From an uncultured Gammaproteobacteria bacterium (lineage in GTDB: Bacteria > Patescibacteriota > Patescibacteriia > SG8-24), in NCBI GenBank assembly GCA_964491475.1, contig CAZBFO010000004.1:67290-131289 (forward strand): a stretch of 64,000 nucleotides of DNA. Reading direction: 5' to 3'. Of the stretch, positions 19,682 through 27,754 are shown piece by piece (position 1 is the stretch's first letter; every line of letters starts with the position of its first letter). The translations under genes and the position numbers were made by a program. The notes under the pieces were generated by a model. It searched no databases. It was not told the origin of the DNA and worked only from the letters and a program-made list of their open reading frames with translations.

Positions 19682-20179
19682 TTACTTGGAAGCCTGGGTC
19701 TTCACCTGGGCCACGGCATCGTTGAAACCCATCAGGGTGAGCGAGGAGCCGGAGATATTGCCGGAAAGCTTCACGTCATTGATGTTCTTGCCGACGACCT
19801 GGGCCTTGTAGCCGCTGATGAAGGAGTTCTGCATGAACACCGACTTCTTGTTGGTGGCCTGCGCCTTGACGTCAGCATCGGTGATGACGTTGCCCTTGAG
19901 CGTCAGCGTGACGTTGATCGTCTCCGGGCCGGCGGGAGAGGTATAGTGACCGACGGCACTGTAGGTGCCGTCCTTGTAAGTGCCCTTCGCCTGCATCGCG
20001 GCGCCACTGGCTCCCGTGTCCGTGGCCGCAGGGGCCGGAGCACCGTCCTTGGCACCGTCCTTGTCGGCCGCGGGTGCGGCGCAACCTGCGCCGACCATGA
20101 GAAGGGCGGAGCCGGCCAGCGCGGTGAGCGCGACGGCCTTCGACTTGAGCTTCTTTTCGTTCTTCACGATTGCTTCCAT
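19682..20179 (-). CDS. FMN-binding domain lipoprotein (candidate ApbE flavinylation substrate)
   Basis: signal peptide with lipobox VGAGC, low-complexity linker, FMN_bind-like C-terminal domain with an SGSS motif at the expected flavinylation site. Confidence 0.7.
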   Translation of the reverse strand: MEAIVKNEKKLKSKAVALTALAGSALLMVGAGCAAPAADKDGAKDGAPAPAATDTGASGAAMQAKGTYKDGTYSAVGHYTSPAGPETINVTLTLKGNVITDADVKAQATNKKSVFMQNSFISGYKAQVVGKNINDVKLSGNISGSSLTLMGFNDAVAQVKTQASK

Positions 20180-20228
20180 AGTGCGTGGTTAAGTGCGTGA
20201 ATTGCTGGCAAAATGCATGACAGTCCTG

Positions 20229-20256
20229 ACTATACTACAGCCTGTCGTTTTGGCAA
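20229..20256 (-). promoter_or_regulatory. sigma70-like promoter (TTGCCA-N16-TATAGT) for the FMN-binding/ApbE operon
   Basis: minus strand reads TTGCCAAAACGACAGGCTGTAGTATAGT about 45 nt upstream of ATG 20179. Confidence 0.45.
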
Positions 20257-20348
20257 AGAACGGCGGTGCATAAGGCATTCCAAAACCGTGACGATGTGCT
20301 AGCGTTGTTTCGTATCGCATTTACCCTTCTCCTCTTCCGAAAACTCTT

Positions 20349-20885
20349 ATGCGCATTTCGTACGGCACCAGGCTCCTCGCCGCCACGGCCCTGCTCGCAT
20401 CGCTTGTTCTCGTTGGCGCGGGCTGCAAGGCCCCTAAATCCGGAGAAACGTCCGCGGGACCGTCTGCCGGCGTGACTGCGCCGCCGAGCGGCCCAGGCGC
20501 AGGGATGCCCTACCCGACGACGACTCCTACTCCCGCCGCCCCTCCGCGCAGGGTCACCATCCCGCTTCGTGACGTGAAAGGCGGAACGTCTCAATACGGA
20601 TCGGTGACGCTCACCGACTTGCCGGGCAACTCCACGCGCGTCGACATCGCCCTTGCTGGCGCCAAGTCGAAATCGGTACAGCCGGCCGCCATCTACGCCG
20701 GCACCTGCGCGACGCAGCAGGCCGAAGTGCAGTATCCGCTGAACCCGGTGGTGAACGGCAAATCGAGCACCGCGCTTGCGGTGAACATCGGCGCAATTCT
20801 CGACAAGGCTCCGCAGGCGCTCAAGGTCCGCGAAGACGGCGCGACGCCCAACTTGCCCTTCGCAGCCTGCGCGGAACTCAAGTGA
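20349..20885 (+). CDS. hypothetical lipoprotein
   Basis: signal peptide plus lipobox LVGAGC, Pro-rich linker, single globular domain. Confidence 0.5.
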   Translation: MRISYGTRLLAATALLASLVLVGAGCKAPKSGETSAGPSAGVTAPPSGPGAGMPYPTTTPTPAAPPRRVTIPLRDVKGGTSQYGSVTLTDLPGNSTRVDIALAGAKSKSVQPAAIYAGTCATQQAEVQYPLNPVVNGKSSTALAVNIGAILDKAPQALKVREDGATPNLPFAACAELK

Positions 20886-20975
20886 AGAAAAGCAAAAGCC
20901 GGCAGAGAGCCGGCTTTTTGGCACAAATAAAGACGTCCCCCGGCAAAAGATTGCCGGGGGACGTGCGCTGACGGG

Positions 20976-21635
20976 TTACTGCTCCCAGAGCTTGGCGAAA
21001 CCTCTCACCGTCGCCGGGGCGGTCGGAGTCGTGAACAGCTCACGACGGAGATCGGACGGATCGAGATCGTCAGTCAGCGTCTCGATGAGGCTGTTGACGC
21101 TGACATCGTCCGCGAGCACCGAAGTGCGGATGCGGAAGCCCTGGCACTCCTTGAGTCCGGCCAACCTCACGCGGGTGAGGCCGTAGACCAGGAGCTCGAG
21201 GTGCGGGCTGTGACCCACGACGAGCACGCGCGCGTCGCGGGGCAGGCTCAACACCCACTCCTTGAAGAGCTGCACGACCGTCGCGCTGGTCTCCTCTGCC
21301 AAGTCGGCATCGAAGGCGAACGCCGCAGCGACCATGTCGTCGCCTGCCTTCTCGGCCTTGTGGCAGATGTTCCACATCTGCTGCAGGCCGGGAGACAGGA
21401 CGTAGAGAGGAGCCACGGAGGCCTTCCTCTCGACATCGGTCCATCGGGCGCCTTCGGCGAACGCCTCGAGCGTCTGCATGGTGCGCGGGACGGCGCTGAC
21501 GAAGAAGTTATCGAACTGCTTGCCGATCAGGAACTCCTGACCGACGGCGCGGGCGAACAGCTTTCCGAGCGATCCGACCGTGCCCATCTTGTCGCCGTCC
21601 TTGATCGAATGCCTGCGGAACTCGAATGTGGTCAT
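20976..21635 (-). CDS. histidine phosphatase superfamily (PGAM/SixA-like) protein
   Basis: N-terminal RHS(IKDGD) catalytic-type motif and a C-terminal H in VLVVGHSPHLEL; 219 aa. Confidence 0.55.
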   Translation of the reverse strand: MTTFEFRRHSIKDGDKMGTVGSLGKLFARAVGQEFLIGKQFDNFFVSAVPRTMQTLEAFAEGARWTDVERKASVAPLYVLSPGLQQMWNICHKAEKAGDDMVAAAFAFDADLAEETSATVVQLFKEWVLSLPRDARVLVVGHSPHLELLVYGLTRVRLAGLKECQGFRIRTSVLADDVSVNSLIETLTDDLDPSDLRRELFTTPTAPATVRGFAKLWEQ

Positions 21636-21699
21636 TATGCTTCTCCAGGGTTGGAATGTGTGGTCATCGCTGCTGAAAATGGTGTTTCAGCAACCGTGC

Positions 21700-21728
21700 A
21701 AGATAGCACAAAAGCGGCATTTTGTCAA
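21700..21728 (-). promoter_or_regulatory. sigma70-like promoter (TTGACA-N17-TATCTT)
   Basis: minus strand TTGACAAAATGCCGCTTTTGTGCTATCTT upstream of the 21635 start. Confidence 0.4.
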
Positions 21729-21817
21729 CGGTATCAGGGAGTATTTTTTCCTAAATTAAGCCATATAATTTGCATGAGAAAAGAAAAAACCCCGCAACAA
21801 GCGGGGCGTGGCGACCT

Positions 21818-22831
21818 TTACGGCCGCCGTTTGGCTTCATCTTCGGCCAGACAGAGGAGCCCGACGTTGCGCATCCCTTCGATGCCGCCGACTTCGGGCT
21901 CACGATCTTCACGGATCGCCGTGATGAAGTCCTGCAGCTCCCCCACGTACGGATCGACCGGCGTGAAGTCGAAGGGCTCTCCGTCCACGGTGATCGAACC
22001 GGTGCCGCGGGCGCCGAGCGTGTCGACGCATTCGATGACGGACCTGGAGCCGTGGATCTCCATTCGCTTGTAGCGAGGCAGCACCACCGACACGGAGATC
22101 GAAGCCGTGGCGCCGTTTTTGAAACGCAACGCAATCGTCGCAGACTCGTCGCGTCCGCTCCTGAAACAGGAATCGGAAGTCACGGCACGAACCGAGGTCA
22201 CTTCGCCGCAGGTCGGCATCATGAACCAACGAACGAGATCAAGGCAGTGCGAACCGAGCGCGGCCATGGACCACCAGCGTCCGACTTTGCCTTTCGCCCG
22301 CCAGTTGTCGGCGCCTTTGGCCGGACTGGCCCAGTGCACGTTCATATGGCGCAAATCGCCGACGAAGGGTCCGGCGCGAAGCGCGTTTGCCAGCTTTCGA
22401 TGGCCCGCGTGCCAGCGGTTGTGGTAGGCGATGCCCAGCTTCACTCCCGCGTTCCAGCACTCTTCCGTCATGGCCAGCGTCGCATTGACGTTGGTGGCCA
22501 TCGGCTTTTCGCAGAAGACGTGCTTGCCTGCCTTCGCGGCGGCGATAGCTTGCTCGGCGTGCAGCCCGTCGGGCGTGGCGATGATGACGGCGTCGACGGT
22601 GGGGTCGGCCAGCATCAGGCTGTAGCTGCTATAGGCAGGTTGCTTTGAAAGCGGACGATGCTTCTCGACGAAGCGGCGAGCCTTCCCGGAGTCAGGATGC
22701 ATCACCGTCCAGAGAACGCCGTCGCTGACGTTGCGAAGTGCCGGAGCCAAATGCGTGTCTGCGGCCTCGCCACAGCCGACCATCGCGAACCTGATTGGTC
22801 TCGGAATCGTCATTTCTCTTTCCTTTTCCAA
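21818..22831 (-). CDS. Gfo/Idh/MocA family oxidoreductase
   Basis: N-terminal Rossmann motif IRFAMVGCGEAADTH, EKP motif, family-typical length. Confidence 0.8.
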   Translation of the reverse strand: MEKEREMTIPRPIRFAMVGCGEAADTHLAPALRNVSDGVLWTVMHPDSGKARRFVEKHRPLSKQPAYSSYSLMLADPTVDAVIIATPDGLHAEQAIAAAKAGKHVFCEKPMATNVNATLAMTEECWNAGVKLGIAYHNRWHAGHRKLANALRAGPFVGDLRHMNVHWASPAKGADNWRAKGKVGRWWSMAALGSHCLDLVRWFMMPTCGEVTSVRAVTSDSCFRSGRDESATIALRFKNGATASISVSVVLPRYKRMEIHGSRSVIECVDTLGARGTGSITVDGEPFDFTPVDPYVGELQDFITAIREDREPEVGGIEGMRNVGLLCLAEDEAKRRP

Positions 22832-22940
22832 AGGGCAATGCGCAAAACACCGTGCTTGCGACCGCTGAACTTAGCCAAAGAAACGCGGGGTTGTCAATCG
22901 TCAGCCAAAAGAAAAAGTCCGGGAACACCCGGACTTGCCG

Positions 22941-23507
22941 TTACATTGCCGGACCCATCGGAGGATGACGGGTGCCGAACAGGCGAATCAACTCCGCGAA
23001 CTTGTGCAATGCCGCAGTATGCAGCGGGAACGCGAGAGTCTCGTCGCCCTTGAGGATGACCAGCTCCTGGGTCTCGTTCTCCCCCGTTTCGGGGTTGGGC
23101 ACCTGCACCAGTTCCGGCAGCTCCGGCAAGTGCAGGTCGACGATGCCGAAGGTGAGGTGGTGCCGACCGTCGTTGCCGGTCATGGTATCGAACAGGGTGA
23201 CCTGCTCGACGGCGGCGACGATGCCGGTTTCCTCGTGCAGCTCGCGCACCAGCGCCTTCTGCCAGGTTTCGCCGTAGGTGTGGAAGCCGCCTGGCAGTGC
23301 CAGTTCACCTCTCTTCTCCTCCAGGCCCCGGCGCACGCCCAGAATGCCGTCGGCGACGCGCACCAGCGCCACGCTGACCGTGGGCGGGTTGCGGTACGTG
23401 ATGTAGCCGCATGCACCGCACTTGCGCGGCCAGTCGAATTCGCCGTGATCGGTCGCGTAACCGGTACCGCAGCACGAACAGTGCGAGAACGGCTTCGGAT
23501 CCTTCAT
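22941..23507 (-). CDS. NUDIX hydrolase with N-terminal zinc ribbon (NudC-like NADH pyrophosphatase candidate)
   Basis: CxxC...CxxC ribbon (CSCCG...CGACG) followed by Nudix box GGFHTYGETWQKALVRELHEETGI; 10 nt downstream of nadA. Confidence 0.75.
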   Translation of the reverse strand: MKDPKPFSHCSCCGTGYATDHGEFDWPRKCGACGYITYRNPPTVSVALVRVADGILGVRRGLEEKRGELALPGGFHTYGETWQKALVRELHEETGIVAAVEQVTLFDTMTGNDGRHHLTFGIVDLHLPELPELVQVPNPETGENETQELVILKGDETLAFPLHTAALHKFAELIRLFGTRHPPMGPAM

Positions 23508-23517
23508 GATGACCTCC

Positions 23518-24789
23518 TCATTTGACCGTCAGCATGCGATCGATGGCCACTTTGGCCCGCGTCGCGGCTGTACGGTTGAGACGAATGACGTTCCCGTCGA
23601 TGACTTCGCTGGCCGCAGGCACGGCATCGTCGAAGACGATCTCGTACTTGTCTTCGCGGAGCGAAGCCGCCAGCTTCTCCAGGGTGTTCTGCTTCATGAA
23701 GTCGCAGACGGCGTCATCGGAGATGGGATGGAAGGTGCGGTCCGGGCACAGCTTGCGAAGGCGATAGATCATCCCCTTCTCCGTGCCGACCACGAAGGTC
23801 TTGGCGCTGCTCTCGCGCACGCGTTCCAGCATGCCTTCGGTCGAGCGGTAGTACACCCGGTTCTTGGGCAGCAGGCCGGCGTTGAGCTTGAACAGGCAGG
23901 CCGAGGCGCAGCCGCACTCCGGGTGGAGCAGCAGCTCGGAGTCCTCGTACTTGTCGAGGGCTTCCTCGGGCGCGTCGGCGCCGATGCGCTCGTGCACGTA
24001 GCAGCAGGCGTTGTAGCCGGCGAAGGGGTTGGCGTAGACCTCGATGTTGTCGGGATCGACTGCCACGCCTTGCGCGGAAGCTAGCTCCAACGCGCGTGCC
24101 TTCATGACCAGGCCGAGGAACTTGTCGGGCATCACCAGGATTTTCTTTCCCGGATTCAGCCTGGCCGCCTCGACGATGATTTTGTCGGTGTTGGCGCTGG
24201 TGCTGATGTAGTCGCTCATGGTCTTGGCCAGCACGTCGCTGTTGACGTAGGTGACCACGATGCCGCCGGGGTTGCGCTGCTTCCAGCGCTCCACCCAGGC
24301 GTGATCGGTGCCGCGCACCAACGAGCAGCTGTGCACGGCCGGGTCGCCCTGCACGAACACGCGCGTGCCCTCGCCCGCGATGATCTTCGCCGTCGCGCCC
24401 ATGAAGTGCACGCTCGAGAAGTCCACGCGGGGCGCCTTGAGGTCGCGGACCTTGAACGACAGCCCCAGCGAATCGCCGACGAAGTGCGCGACTTCGTGCA
24501 GCTCGGGGAACTGGTAGTTGTGCGCCACGATGGTCGACTTCTTCTGCTCGGCCAAGATGCGTGCCTCGACGGCCATGTCGGCCAGGTCGGTGCAGATATC
24601 CTTGGTGTAGCGCCCCGGGTAGAGGTCGCCGGCAAGCCGGTTGAAGTCCTCATGCCATTGGGCCGCGATGGCCTTCACGCAGGATCGCCAGATGATTGCG
24701 CGTCCTCGCATCGTCTCTATCCTTTCTTTGATTGGGTTGCATGACAAGGAACGACGTACAAACCTAGCATCGACAGGGGTCACCGTCAA
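23518..24789 (-). CDS. nadA: quinolinate synthase NadA
   Basis: NadA blocks (VAHNYQ, HFMGATAK, three conserved Cys including CDFMKQNT), 423 aa. Confidence 0.8.
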   Translation of the reverse strand: MTVTPVDARFVRRSLSCNPIKERIETMRGRAIIWRSCVKAIAAQWHEDFNRLAGDLYPGRYTKDICTDLADMAVEARILAEQKKSTIVAHNYQFPELHEVAHFVGDSLGLSFKVRDLKAPRVDFSSVHFMGATAKIIAGEGTRVFVQGDPAVHSCSLVRGTDHAWVERWKQRNPGGIVVTYVNSDVLAKTMSDYISTSANTDKIIVEAARLNPGKKILVMPDKFLGLVMKARALELASAQGVAVDPDNIEVYANPFAGYNACCYVHERIGADAPEEALDKYEDSELLLHPECGCASACLFKLNAGLLPKNRVYYRSTEGMLERVRESSAKTFVVGTEKGMIYRLRKLCPDRTFHPISDDAVCDFMKQNTLEKLAASLREDKYEIVFDDAVPAASEVIDGNVIRLNRTAATRAKVAIDRMLTVK

Positions 24790-24845
24790 CGCCAGGCGTC
24801 AGAGACCGTACCACGCTGCAGCCGTCCTTTGCGGAAAGCCGAATC

Positions 24846-24868
24846 AAATGTACCTTTACAGTACATTT
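24846..24868. promoter_or_regulatory. operator-like palindrome AAATGTAC-N7-GTACATTT in the nadA / regulator divergent region
   Basis: perfect inverted repeat AAATGTAC...GTACATTT ending 14 nt before the regulator ATG. Confidence 0.45.
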
Positions 24869-24881
24869 AACGTTTACCATC

Positions 24882-25607
24882 ATGCCCCTCTCCCCCGCAG
24901 CGCTTTTCGTTCGTGCCGGCCTCACCCGAGACGACGGCCTTGCGTATGCCGTCCTGGCCAAGCATGACGGCATCTCCATCGCCGACATCTGCCGCAAGAT
25001 CGGCCTGCACCGACCGGCCGCGTATCGCGCCTTGGCCCGCCTGGAAAAAGCCGGGCTCCTGCGCAAAACGAAACGCGGAAAACGGTTCATCTACTCCGCC
25101 GCCGATCCGGACAGGCTGGAACGCCTGCTTGCCCGCGCGGACGCGGAAAACGCACGTTCCGCCGAGATGTTCAACACCGTGCCGTCCGGCAACGGCGTCG
25201 TGACCGTGCTGCGCGGCAGCAAAGGGCTCGCGACGGTGCTCGACGACTTGGCACGCACGCTCGGCAAAGACGAAATCTTTTACCGCATCTCGTCGCGCAA
25301 GCCGAGCACCAGCGTCGAGGGCTTCGTGCCGAAGGACTTCCTGCGCACGCGCGACGGCAAAAAATTGCAGCAGTTCGTGCTATGCAACGCCGCGCTCCGC
25401 GCCGCACCGCACAAGAAACGCATCGACGGCCTCTCGAAGGTGGTGCCGGAAGGCGGAGCGCCTTTCGAGTACGACATCGCGCTGGTCATCTACGGCGACA
25501 AAGTCGCCACGGTCGACTACGCCGCAAAACAGGCGGTGGTCGTAAAAAATGCGCGACTGGCCAAGTTCCATATTCGTCTCTTCAAGATGCTTTTTGATCG
25601 GATATAA
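24882..25607 (+). CDS. TrmB-like winged-helix transcriptional regulator (paralog 1)
   Basis: N-terminal wHTH (ISIADICRKIGLHRPAAYRALARLEKAGLL) plus a C-terminal effector-type domain; paralogous in layout to 33041-33823. Confidence 0.6.
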   Translation: MPLSPAALFVRAGLTRDDGLAYAVLAKHDGISIADICRKIGLHRPAAYRALARLEKAGLLRKTKRGKRFIYSAADPDRLERLLARADAENARSAEMFNTVPSGNGVVTVLRGSKGLATVLDDLARTLGKDEIFYRISSRKPSTSVEGFVPKDFLRTRDGKKLQQFVLCNAALRAAPHKKRIDGLSKVVPEGGAPFEYDIALVIYGDKVATVDYAAKQAVVVKNARLAKFHIRLFKMLFDRI

Positions 25608-25648
25608 AAGACCCCCATCATTGATGGAGGCCTGATGAGATGCGCGAC

Positions 25649-25984
25649 CTAACGACGCATGCCCTGCCGGGGCCGCAGCTTTGGCGCGTTCTCGCGAAGC
25701 GTCTTCGCGGCTGCGGCGCGTTCCGGATTCGCCTCGGCCCATTCTTTGTCCGTCGGCAGCGAAACGAAAGGTTCCGGAAGGACGGTCTGGGCGCCGCAAC
25801 AAGGGCACATCATGACCGTCTCGTCGCGGGCCCCGCCGATGTCGTGCGTGTGCTTCTGAAAAAGATCCGCTTTGGTGACGCGGAGCAAGGCTCCGCAGCC
25901 TGTGGGACCGTTGTATTCGGTGCCCGTGCACTCGAACTCTTTGCTCCAGCCATCCTGCTCCCGTCCAGGTCGAACGATTTCCAT
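25649..25984 (-). CDS. small zinc-ribbon protein (WSKE...C...C...CPxCG family, paralog 1)
   Basis: WSKEFEC...GCG...CPCCG motifs shared with 32341-32580 and 32597-32866; SD GGAGGA. Confidence 0.55.
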   Translation of the reverse strand: MEIVRPGREQDGWSKEFECTGTEYNGPTGCGALLRVTKADLFQKHTHDIGGARDETVMMCPCCGAQTVLPEPFVSLPTDKEWAEANPERAAAAKTLRENAPKLRPRQGMRR

Positions 25985-26100
25985 GTTTCCTCCGTGGTCG
26001 GCGTACCGACCCGAGGATGCTGCCAGAAAAAGCCGTTTTTGTCAACGGTGCCTCGTCCGTCGCGGTATAAAAAACCCCCGACGAGCGTCGGAGATTTCGT

Positions 26101-26877
26101 TCAAGCGGTTCGCGGATACAGTTCCTTGAACGCATCGATGATTTCGACTTTGCGGTAGAGCGGCAGCGGCGCCAAGCTGCGCCCCTTGCGGTTGCCGGGC
26201 GCGTTCCACGGGCGGCCCGTGACCATCACGCTCAACACCTTTTCGCCCAGCGGCCGGACGTAGTGCCAAGCGGTCGGATCGACCATCTCGTACTTTTCGC
26301 CGTTGCCGATGACTTTGGCGTTGCCCTTCGGCGGCGCAGGTCCGTCCGATGGCCCGTGTCCGTACGCCGTTTCGTACCAACCGCGGCAGATGCGCATGGC
26401 CGAGGGCCACGGGTGCGGGTGATACAACGGCTCGCTGGCGTAGCAGGGATGAATGACGTGCAGGCACAGCCGACCGTCGCCGTACGGCATCCAGACGCGT
26501 TCCACGTTGGGCTTTTCGTCTGCGATGAGCAGGCTCTCCCACTCGGGAACGTGCAACAGCAACGCCGGCAGCTCGCGTTCGGCCTGTTCGAGCGTCGGCA
26601 GCATGCTGCCGCCGGGCGTGCTTCCCCAAGCGAAGCGGTCGCAGGGATGCTGGCGCGTCTCGACGAAGCGCTTGCAGTTGCGAAGCATCAGCTCCGGGTC
26701 CAGCAAGGTCTCGGCATGGACACCGTCCGGCAACAGGCCGTACAGCTTTTCGTCGTCGATCCAACAGCGGTCGTCGCCGCGCTGGTCGCGGTGGGCGCGG
26801 ATGCCGTGGCGAAGACGCCGCACTTCCTGCCGCAACTTTTCCTTGTTGAGGACCAAAAGGTCGTCGTCTTTGGACAT
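26101..26877 (-). CDS. hypothetical protein, possibly cupin-like
   Basis: 258 aa, W/Y/H/P-rich, HVIHP...E metal-type motif; SD AGGAGG; hairpin terminator CCGACGagCGTCGG downstream. Confidence 0.5.
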   Translation of the reverse strand: MSKDDDLLVLNKEKLRQEVRRLRHGIRAHRDQRGDDRCWIDDEKLYGLLPDGVHAETLLDPELMLRNCKRFVETRQHPCDRFAWGSTPGGSMLPTLEQAERELPALLLHVPEWESLLIADEKPNVERVWMPYGDGRLCLHVIHPCYASEPLYHPHPWPSAMRICRGWYETAYGHGPSDGPAPPKGNAKVIGNGEKYEMVDPTAWHYVRPLGEKVLSVMVTGRPWNAPGNRKGRSLAPLPLYRKVEIIDAFKELYPRTA

Positions 26878-26930
26878 CGTTCCTCCTAGCGCCTTTCGGC
26901 AAGCGCATTGAAGCAGCAGCGCGGGCGACG

Positions 26931-26945
26931 GTCAACGGCGTTGAC
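26931..26945. promoter_or_regulatory. palindrome GTCAACggcGTTGAC in divergent promoter region
   Basis: perfect 6-3-6 inverted repeat between 26877 (minus) and 27013 (plus) starts. Confidence 0.3.
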
Positions 26946-27012
26946 TCGCGTTGCGCGAACGGGTAGGTTGGACCATCGGCAATCGCCGCAACAAGCATAA
27001 GGAGGATGGCCG

Positions 27013-27582
27013 ATGAAGTCAGCCCGTTTGTTCCTTTCGTTCATCGTCGGTGCGGTCGCGCTTGTCATCGCATGCAAGCGCGTTCCCCCACTGCCCGACG
27101 CCGACGGCACCGACATCGTCACGCGCAAACAGCCTGCGGAGTGGAGCATCGTGGAGCGGCCGGCATTGCCGCCGCCCGTGACGCTGAAGGACGGCGGCTG
27201 CGTCCGTCGCGGACCGCTGCCCGACCCGCTGTGCACGCCCGGCAAGGCCAACCCCGGCGTAAAGGCCACGCACATCTGCACGCCGGGATTTTCCAAGAAC
27301 CTGCACGGTGCCACCGACAAAACGAAGCGCAAAGTCTTGCAGATGTACGGCGAGACTTCCGGCGCGGGCGAGATCGACTACCTCATCTCGCTGGAGCTGG
27401 GCGGTTCGACCGATGCCAGCAACCTCTGGCCGGAACGCGCCGAGCCTCGTCCGGGACTGCACGAAAAGAACAAGGCCGAGGAATACTTGCGCCGCCAAGT
27501 CTGTCAGGGACACATGACCCTGGAAGAAGCGCAGCGCCTCATCGCCGCCGACTGGATGGCCGTCTACCGCAGCATGCGGTGA
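27013..27582 (+). CDS. secreted lipoprotein with HNH / His-Me-finger nuclease-like C-terminal motif
   Basis: signal peptide and lipobox LVIAC; block EIDYLISLELGGSTDASNLWPE resembles DUF1524/HNH nuclease cores; SD AAGGAGG. Confidence 0.45.
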   Translation: MKSARLFLSFIVGAVALVIACKRVPPLPDADGTDIVTRKQPAEWSIVERPALPPPVTLKDGGCVRRGPLPDPLCTPGKANPGVKATHICTPGFSKNLHGATDKTKRKVLQMYGETSGAGEIDYLISLELGGSTDASNLWPERAEPRPGLHEKNKAEEYLRRQVCQGHMTLEEAQRLIAADWMAVYRSMR

Positions 27583-27754
27583 CAACTCCGAAACGCCCGC
27601 CGCTTGGCGGGTTTTTTCTTTGCCGCGGCTCCCGTTACCAATCAAGGTCTCTGACTCCCCACCACCTTTGACGAAAGCACGGATTTACGCTGATATGAGC
27701 ACCGAAGCAACGGTGCTTCGCCCGTACATTCACACCCACATTCGGAGAATGCTC

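Noticed and set aside
23518-24789. NadA length (423 aa) as evidence of an unusual domain fusion
   Set aside because: The N- and C-terminal extensions are within the range I know for NadA variants, and no extra recognisable domain motif is present.
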